From Bacteroidota bacterium (GTDB taxonomy: Bacteria; Bacteroidota; Bacteroidia; Bacteroidales; UBA4417): 64,000 nucleotides of DNA. The position numbers and the translations under genes are program-made. The DNA is taken from NCBI GenBank assembly GCA_022711175.1, contig JAKLFM010000002.1:1274-65273 (forward strand), written 5' to 3'. Below, one piece after another: positions 1-6,309 of the stretch; within the stretch, counting starts at the first letter, position 1, and every line of letters starts with the position of its first letter. Under the pieces are notes generated by a model. That model did no database searches, was not told the DNA's origin, and worked only from the letters and a program-made list of their open reading frames with translations.

Positions 1-494
1 ATGCGGCTGCTCAATTCGTAGGAAGTGGTTTGCATAATTTCCCTGAAGGACGATGATAATTCCTGCAGTTGGGCAAACTCGTCGTTAGTAATTCCGTTAA
101 GCAGAGCTGTTTCGAGGTTGGCGTTGAGGATATCGACAACACGTAAAGCAGTTTCCGATAAGGAATGGTAGGAATAATGCCGGAGGCTGGTGCGGTAATT
201 CTTCATGGTCTGAAGCATCACGTTGTCGTGAAGCTCCGAAGCCGTTGAAATGGCCGCTCCGATGGCATTGTCGAGAGCGCTGTAGAGGCGTGAAGCCGCA
301 TCGCGCTTCTGGGCATGATGTTCAGTATATGGCCTGTCGAGTATCGACAGGAGTTCCGACATACGGTCGGTATTGCCGGCAAAAGAATCGCGGGCGGTTA
401 TTATTGAGGTGAATCCTTCGAAAGCGTCAGGATAATCGTTTAAAATCCTTCGCACTGTCAGGAATTTGTCTGTCGTTTTAAAAAAACGGTTCAT
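1..494 (-). CDS. hypothetical protein, 3' end cut by window edge (about 164 N-terminal aa visible); fourth gene of the XRE-ImmA cassette
   Basis: My own translation of the minus strand gives ATG at 494-492 (MNRFFKTTDKFLTVRRILNDYPDAFEGF...) with an in-frame TAA three codons upstream. The frame stays open to position 1. The start overlaps the end of ORF 478-966 by 17 nt. No motif recognised. Confidence 0.5.
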   Translation of the reverse strand, partial: MNRFFKTTDKFLTVRRILNDYPDAFEGFTSIITARDSFAGNTDRMSELLSILDRPYTEHHAQKRDAASRLYSALDNAIGAAISTASELHDNVMLQTMKNYRTSLRHYSYHSLSETALRVVDILNANLETALLNGITNDEFAQLQELSSSFREIMQTTSYELSSR

Positions 495-966
495 GTTCGT
501 TTAGTTTTAACGAGTATATAATAAGTGAATTTACGGGCAGTATATGCCAGCCCGCGGTGGCAGTTGCAGTGTGGGGGCGGGCCGAAAGTAACGGCACGAT
601 AAACCCCTTTTCTGACGGAGGCGATAGTCCGAGTGCCGGCCTGCTGATTAGTTTTCTGTAACAAATACGTTCATCTATCAGGAACTTGTATTTCTTCTGT
701 TCTGCTGAAAGTCTTTCCGACGGCAGATGAAGCCCTGTGATGCGAACAGCCTTTACTTTGATGAGGGAATCGTCGTACCATACAATGATATACCTTAGCC
801 ACTTTGTTCCCGGTTGCCTGCTTTCAACCGACCGGTGGAAAGCATTCGATATCCTGTAGGCAACCCGTGGCTCTTCAATGCGCCTGTGTATTTCGTACAA
901 GGTATCTTCATCCAGGACTATCAGCCCTTCGATACCCAAAAACCGTGCAAACTTTCCCCGGTTCAT
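478..966 (-). CDS. hypothetical protein (162 aa), third gene of the XRE-ImmA cassette
   Basis: From the ORF track. ATG 966-964 forms an ATGA start/stop overlap with the upstream ORF (963-1481). No domain recognised. The C-terminal third looks compositionally odd, so the true 3' end is uncertain. Confidence 0.45.
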   Translation of the reverse strand: MNRGKFARFLGIEGLIVLDEDTLYEIHRRIEEPRVAYRISNAFHRSVESRQPGTKWLRYIIVWYDDSLIKVKAVRITGLHLPSERLSAEQKKYKFLIDERICYRKLISRPALGLSPPSEKGFIVPLLSARPHTATATAGWHILPVNSLIIYSLKLNEHEPFF

Positions 967-1481
967 GCCAGCTTCTCTTTTTTGGGTAAAGCACTATTAA
1001 CGAACAGCTGCTTTTCATTGGGCAAAGCCAGCTTGTTTATCCGTCCAAGCAAAGGAGTATAATGATGTTTCAGCGATTTGTGGCTTATTATTCCAGCCAT
1101 GGCTAACTGCTCCAGTACACCTGAATAGGTGCAGACTGTAAGCCGCATTGCCTCTGCCGCTTTCAACATCCGGGGATCGATGGTCAACAGCGTACCATTG
1201 TCCCTGCTGGTCAGAAACAGTACTGAATAATCGGCTAATGTGAGGCCGGGCAGGGTGGTAGAAAGCTGATATGAATATTGAAGTTCATCCGGCGAAAGTG
1301 TAGATAAATAAATTTTACCCGTTTCGAGGGGTGCATGGGTAAATGCACCCGGAAAGGGGCCTTGAAGATATGCCGTCGAAGTGGTGGTGACGCGGAAACT
1401 GAAGCGGGAAATGGCCGGCAGCAATCCTGCTGCACCGAAATCCCTGATGCTTAATGTATCAAGAATGAGGAGGTTTGTCAT
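963..1481 (-). CDS. PIN-like (VapC/DUF4411-like) predicted nuclease, 172 aa
   Basis: The ATG (1481-1479) lies 23 nt inside the 3' end of the ImmA gene. Acidic residues sit in PIN-like contexts: LLILDT at the N-terminus, LTLADYSVLFLTS, and LLTIDPRMLKAA. The assignment is by eye only. Confidence 0.4.
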   Translation of the reverse strand: MTNLLILDTLSIRDFGAAGLLPAISRFSFRVTTTSTAYLQGPFPGAFTHAPLETGKIYLSTLSPDELQYSYQLSTTLPGLTLADYSVLFLTSRDNGTLLTIDPRMLKAAEAMRLTVCTYSGVLEQLAMAGIISHKSLKHHYTPLLGRINKLALPNEKQLFVNSALPKKEKLA

Positions 1482-2526
1482 GGTACTGATATAGTTTAAC
1501 GAGTTCTTCGAGCGGCAGGCTGGCCAGATCGGCAGCCTTCGTTAGTGAAATGAGTTGTTCTTCCATGGCACGTGATAGCAGTAATTGGAAACGAGTTGAT
1601 TTATCAGCCCTGCAATTGGTGCCGATGTGCAATTCCATCTTATCGGCGCTTATAATATGCATCAGGTTGATGTAAGTAAATTTTGAGATGATATCGTGTT
1701 GCAGGGCGTTGAGTGCGATTGCCCTGGCTGAGATTCCGTATTTATCCTTGAGAAGCCCCAGTTCACGGGGTGAGATGGATGTACGGTAGCGCCCCAGTTC
1801 GCGGATGAGCAGGTCGCGTGGTAACAGCATAGCTGCAGCAAACCGGTTGCAGAGAGTCTCCTTGTCATCATCCGATACGCCTGCTCCAAACTCGAGCAGC
1901 AGGTGTGCCAGTTCGTGAAGGGCTGAAAACCTTTTCCGTTCGGTAGTCGGGCCTTTGCCTCTCAGCACAATCACCGGTATTTCGTCGTTTGCAAAGCCTG
2001 AATAGCCGTCAAACTTGTCGTCGGCATCAATCTCGATCACGAGAATGCCGTTGTCTTCAATCAGGTTTATTACATTGCTGATACCTTCAAACCCGGTGTG
2101 CCAAAGCCTGCTTAGCAAGGCTGCTGCTGCTTCGGCATCTTCAGGCGTGTTGACAATGGTTTGTCTCAACGGATCAGTGAAAGTACCCGACACATTGAGC
2201 AGGCGCTCAAGTTCGAGGTAATTTTCGATGCGCGACGTTATTTCGTGTTTAAGGGATTCTTCCTTTCGTTTGCCAAGGTCAGCCTTTTTCCTGAACCTGA
2301 CTCCCGAGACGGTTACTGATAAAGGTTTATAGAAATATTCAACCTTCACATTCAATGCACCGGCAAGCGCTTCGAGCACAGCGGTATCGGCCATCATCTC
2401 TCCGCGCTCGTACTTGGCGATGGAGGTCTTTTTGACGAAACCGTTGATGCGGGCTACAAGCTGATCCTGCGAGAGGCCAGCCTGCTTGCGTGCACTGAGT
2501 AACCGTTTGGCGAATAGTTCTTTCAT
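1459..2526 (-). CDS. XRE-family HTH fused to an ImmA/IrrE (COG2856, M78-like) zinc metallopeptidase domain
   Basis: N-terminal HTH: LLSARKQAGLSQDQLVARINGFVKKTSIAKYERGE. HEXXH motif in SALHELAHLLLEF. Start moved to ATG 2526-2524 (MKELFAKRLL), because the ORF-track start at 2586 adds an implausible leader. Confidence 0.85.
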   Translation of the reverse strand: MKELFAKRLLSARKQAGLSQDQLVARINGFVKKTSIAKYERGEMMADTAVLEALAGALNVKVEYFYKPLSVTVSGVRFRKKADLGKRKEESLKHEITSRIENYLELERLLNVSGTFTDPLRQTIVNTPEDAEAAAALLSRLWHTGFEGISNVINLIEDNGILVIEIDADDKFDGYSGFANDEIPVIVLRGKGPTTERKRFSALHELAHLLLEFGAGVSDDDKETLCNRFAAAMLLPRDLLIRELGRYRTSISPRELGLLKDKYGISARAIALNALQHDIISKFTYINLMHIISADKMELHIGTNCRADKSTRFQLLLSRAMEEQLISLTKAADLASLPLEELVKLYQYHDKPPHS

Positions 2527-2945
2527 ATTAAGGTATCTTCCTCTCAGGGAATATTGTGTGTTCAATTCGATACAAAGATAGTGCAATTGTACCCGTGTTC
2601 AACAAAAAGATTAAAATATTTTTATGAACACTATGAAATTTATTCTAAAAAGTTGAAAGACAGGGCATATGATTTAAAAATAAAATTCAACATTAACAAA
2701 GATATAACACGAAAGGGACTTTTTGTCAATATTTGCATAATAAAATTGCAAGTGATTCGGGTTTCTGTACCGGGCAACCGCCTCCGGACAATATTTGTCT
2801 GAGGAAGTTCCGGGTAAGGACAATAAATTCGCGTATCATTATCCTGAAACCTGTCCTGAAAGATTGAATACAGATATCTACAGATAAAACATTATTGAGA
2901 TTTTTGGATATGCCCACACGGATTTTTGGATATAATCGGATAAAT

Positions 2946-3375
2946 GCCTGGCCTCCCTGTATAAAACCCTGACTTGTTTGTACAAAGGCCTGACATCTTT
3001 GTATTAAGGCCTGACCTCATTGTATAAGGGCCTGACCTCTTTGTACAAAGGCCTGACCTCTTTGTATGAAAGCCTGACCTCTTCGTATGAAAGCCTGACC
3101 TCTTTGTATAAAGGCTTGACCTCTTCGTATAAAGGCCTGACCTCTTCGTATGAAAGCCTGACCTCTTCGTATAAAGGCCTGACCTCTTCGTACGAAGGCC
3201 TGACCTCTTTGTACAAATGCCTGACCTCTTCGTACAAAGGCTTGACCTGGTTGTACAAAGGCCTGACCTCTTTGTACGAAGGCTTGACCTGGTTGTACAA
3301 AGGCCTGACCTCTTTGTACGAAGGCTTGACCTCTTTGTACAAAGGCCTGACCTCTTTGTATAAAGGCTTGACCTA
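2946..3375. repeat. Tandem array A: 20 copies plus a 10-bp partial of a 21-bp unit, GCCTGACCTCTTTGTACAAAG
   Basis: Read directly. Units are in phase from 2946 with no spacers. Consensus units contain the perfect 12-bp palindrome CTTTGTACAAAG. 3240-3323 is an exact duplication of a 42-bp two-unit block. Confidence 0.95.
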
Positions 3376-3387
3376 AAGGATGGAGTA

Positions 3388-3576
3388 ATTGACCCGATCC
3401 GTTAAGTAATTGAACTGAGCGAATGGGTGATTGAACTGAGCAAATGGGTGATTGAGCCGAGCGAATGGGTGATTGAACGGAGCGAATGAGTGATTGAACG
3501 GAGCGAATGAGTGATTGAACCGGGCGAATTAGTTATTGACTCGAGCGAATGAGTGATTGACTCGAGCAAAGGCTCT
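3388..3576. repeat. Tandem array B: about 9 copies of a different 21-bp unit, ATTGAACNGAGCGAATGRGTG
   Basis: Read directly. Units start at 3388, 3409, 3430, 3451, 3472, 3493, 3514, 3535 and 3556. The first and last copies are degenerate. The array begins 12 bp after array A ends. Confidence 0.9.
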
Positions 3577-3695
3577 GTTTAGAGAACTATGTCATGAATA
3601 TGATATGCACCAAGATCAATTCAGAATCTTTATAGCCGACAATTTATTGTTGATAAGTAGTAAATTGTTCAATTAATAAATCTAAAAAGACACCT

Positions 3696-3703
3696 TATAT
3701 TTG
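3696..3703 (+). promoter_or_regulatory. Candidate Bacteroidota sigma-A -7 box (TATATTTG, fits TAnnTTTG) for the XRE/type III R-M operon
   Basis: The motif lies 23 nt upstream of ATG 3726. It is followed by TTGAC-N7-GTCAA (3701-3717) and a 10-bp direct repeat GTCAACACTA x2 (3713-3722, 3728-3737). Confidence 0.35.
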
Positions 3704-3725
3704 ACACATTTAGTCAACACTAAGA

Positions 3726-4028
3726 ATGTCAACACTAGGATTGAAATTAAGAGAATTGAGAGAACAGTCAGGATTGTCTTTGCGAAAGGCTGCAATGCAA
3801 GTAGATATTGATGTGGCAATATTGAGCAAAATGGAACGTGGAGAAAGAAAATTCTCAAAAGAATTGGTTTTAAAATTAGCTGACCTTTATAAAGCTAACT
3901 CTCATAAATTAGTTATTGACTTTTTAAGTGAAAAACTACTTTACGATTTAGAGGACGAAGATTTTGGGCTTGAAGCATTGAAAGTCGCTGAGAAACAATT
4001 AAAATACAAGAAACAGAAAAATGTCTAA
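3726..4028 (+). CDS. XRE-family helix-turn-helix transcriptional regulator (100 aa)
   Basis: HTH: LRELREQSGLSLRKAAMQVDIDVAILSKMERGER. Its stop overlaps the next ORF's ATG by 8 nt (ATGTCTAA at 4021-4028). Confidence 0.85.
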   Translation: MSTLGLKLRELREQSGLSLRKAAMQVDIDVAILSKMERGERKFSKELVLKLADLYKANSHKLVIDFLSEKLLYDLEDEDFGLEALKVAEKQLKYKKQKNV

Positions 4029-4545
4029 ATCTGATAATATAAAACGGGCAAAGCTTCTACGTAAAAGAAAAAAAGAAAGGGAAAAACAAACCCTTTTCAA
4101 TGGTAATTTGCTTAAAGACCAACAAATGCTGCGTGAAAAAGCAGAAAAAGACAATGTAAAAATTGTGGACAGGTCCTTACTTGGCAGGGAAGAAAAAATA
4201 TCAACAGTTTTGCTCGAAATGATAAAGCCTGTTTTATTTACCGCACAGGATGAAGAGGATGCAAAGGGGATTGTAGCAATGGGCGTTGTAGCATGGAATT
4301 GCGGAGTTATTAAGCAAAAGTTGGGCGAAGACAAGCTGAAAGATGCAATGAAGGCATTTAAAAGTAAAGAAAACAGCGAAGAAAGAAAATTGCTTGATGA
4401 GTACATACAAGTTAAATGTAAACAGTTTGGGCAATACAACGATTTTATTACCGACTTTCAAATCTCTTTTGAGCGTGACGGAAGAATGAATTTCACCGTG
4501 CTTACAGGTGTAACTGACGATATTGCAAAAACATTAAAAAATTAA
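4021..4545 (+). CDS. hypothetical protein (174 aa) with a Lys/Arg-rich N-terminus
   Basis: From the ORF track. It is wedged between the XRE gene (8-nt overlap) and mod (3-nt gap). The N-terminus reads KRAKLLRKRKKEREKQ. No motif recognised and no HEXXH. Confidence 0.6.
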   Translation: MSKSDNIKRAKLLRKRKKEREKQTLFNGNLLKDQQMLREKAEKDNVKIVDRSLLGREEKISTVLLEMIKPVLFTAQDEEDAKGIVAMGVVAWNCGVIKQKLGEDKLKDAMKAFKSKENSEERKLLDEYIQVKCKQFGQYNDFITDFQISFERDGRMNFTVLTGVTDDIAKTLKN

Positions 4546-4548
4546 GCT

Positions 4549-6303
4549 ATGCCAACACTCCAATTCAAAGGGAAAAACATCATCTGGAACCACCATTTGG
4601 CTGTTCCGTTTCATACATTGGACGAAGTTCCAGAACTGCATTGCCAGCCCGAAAAAGCAAATGGTAATATGATAATTGAAGGCGACAACTTAATTGCTTT
4701 AAAAGCACTTTTGCCAGAATTCTCTAATCGAATTGATGTAGTTTGCATTGATCCACCTTATAATACTGGTAATGATAATGGACAAGGAAAAGGATGGATT
4801 TATAATGATAGAGTCAATAGCCCTTTAATAAAAGAATGGTTTGCTAAAGAAGTAGGGTTAGATGATTTAACAAGGCATGACAAATGGTGTTGTATGATTT
4901 CTCCAAGATTAAAATTACTGAGAGAATTGATGAAAGATGAAGGTTCCATTTTTATTTCACTTGACGATAATGAAATGTATACGCTGCGATCATTAATGAA
5001 TGAAATTTTCGGTGAGGAAAACTTTATTGCATTATTGCCAACCATAATGAATTTGAAAGGAAATCAAGATCAGTTTGCTTTTGCGGGTACACATGAATAT
5101 ACTTTAGTTTATGCAAAGAATAAGATTAAAAGTAGATTTTATGAGTTTGAATTAGATGATGAAGATGCAGATGATTGGGAATATGATAATATAGGCCCAT
5201 TTAAAAAAGGCAGAGGGCTGTTAGCTGATGGCAAAGGCAAATTCAGAGAAGAAAGGCAATACATGTATTTTCCCCTTCTGGTAAAAGATGGAAAAGTTTT
5301 TTTAATCCAAGAAAGTGAATACAAGAAAATATATGATGTTACTTCGAATTCATTTAATGATAAGTATGTGGATGATTTGGTGAAAAAATATACAAAAGAA
5401 GGTTATAAAGTTGTATTACCAATTGATAGTAATAATAACAAATTAAGATGGACATGGGGCTTTGATAAAAAATTTATGTCGCATTTGGATGAAATAATTG
5501 TGACTGAAACGAAAAATGGACTTTCATTAAATAAGAAACAAAGACCAACTTTAGGTGAATTACCCTCAAAAAAACCGAAAACGATTTTTTATAAACCACA
5601 ATATAGCAGCGGAAATGGAACAAATCAGCTAAAAGAGTTGTTACCTGATAAGGAATTCAACAATCCTAAACCAATTGATTTAATTAAGGATTTCATAATA
5701 ATAAGTACTGACAAGAATGCTATTATACTTGATTCATTTTCCGGATCTGGAACAACTATGCACGCAGTATTGGAATTAAATAAAGAAGATGGCGGAAACC
5801 GAAAATGTATAATGGTGCAAATGCCCGAAAATTCTGAAGCTGAACCAGATAAAAATATTTGTAAAGACATTACAAGGGAAAGAGTAAAACGGGCTATTGA
5901 AAAATACGGCTTCGATGCAGGCTTTCAATATTACCGCCTGGGTCTTCCCCTTGATGCAGAAACCATGCTGGCAGGACAATTACCAACCTACAAGCAGTTT
6001 GCAAAATATGTTTATTACCTGTGTACAGGTGAAAATCTGGAAGCAGAAGACAAAATAAACGAAGCCGAGTATTACGTTGGCGAGTATGGCAAACAAGCTA
6101 TTTATTTGGTTTACAAACAAGATTACGATACACTTACACGCCTTGCACTAAATTTAACACTTGCCAAAAAAATAAAGGAACAACAACCAGGCAAAAAGCG
6201 GATTGTGTATGCACCGTCATGCTTTTTGGACGAAGAATATTTAACTGACAATCAAATTGAATATGTGGGTATTCCATACAATTTATTTCAACGCAACCAG
6301 TAA
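4549..6303 (+). CDS. mod: Type III restriction-modification methyltransferase (Mod; beta-class N6-adenine/N4-cytosine MTase)
   Basis: Catalytic motif IV in VVCIDPPYNTG comes before the AdoMet motif I in LDSFSGSGTTMHAV (beta-class order). A long variable region lies between them. The res-type helicase gene follows directly. Confidence 0.85.
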   Translation: MPTLQFKGKNIIWNHHLAVPFHTLDEVPELHCQPEKANGNMIIEGDNLIALKALLPEFSNRIDVVCIDPPYNTGNDNGQGKGWIYNDRVNSPLIKEWFAKEVGLDDLTRHDKWCCMISPRLKLLRELMKDEGSIFISLDDNEMYTLRSLMNEIFGEENFIALLPTIMNLKGNQDQFAFAGTHEYTLVYAKNKIKSRFYEFELDDEDADDWEYDNIGPFKKGRGLLADGKGKFREERQYMYFPLLVKDGKVFLIQESEYKKIYDVTSNSFNDKYVDDLVKKYTKEGYKVVLPIDSNNNKLRWTWGFDKKFMSHLDEIIVTETKNGLSLNKKQRPTLGELPSKKPKTIFYKPQYSSGNGTNQLKELLPDKEFNNPKPIDLIKDFIIISTDKNAIILDSFSGSGTTMHAVLELNKEDGGNRKCIMVQMPENSEAEPDKNICKDITRERVKRAIEKYGFDAGFQYYRLGLPLDAETMLAGQLPTYKQFAKYVYYLCTGENLEAEDKINEAEYYVGEYGKQAIYLVYKQDYDTLTRLALNLTLAKKIKEQQPGKKRIVYAPSCFLDEEYLTDNQIEYVGIPYNLFQRNQ

Positions 6304-6309
6304 AAAACT

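Noticed and set aside
3004-3376. ORFs 3004-3342 (minus strand, YKEVRPL heptads) and 3020-3376 (plus strand, GLTSLYK heptads) in the ORF track
   Set aside because: Both are open only because a 21-bp (7-codon) unit without stops is repeated. Both start at TTG inside the repeat, both strands are open at once, and no promoter or ATG is present. I treat them as artefacts of array A, not as genes.
2946-3576. CRISPR array interpretation of the two repeat arrays
   Set aside because: The units are directly abutting with no unique spacers. 21 bp is shorter than known CRISPR repeats. No cas genes are in the window.
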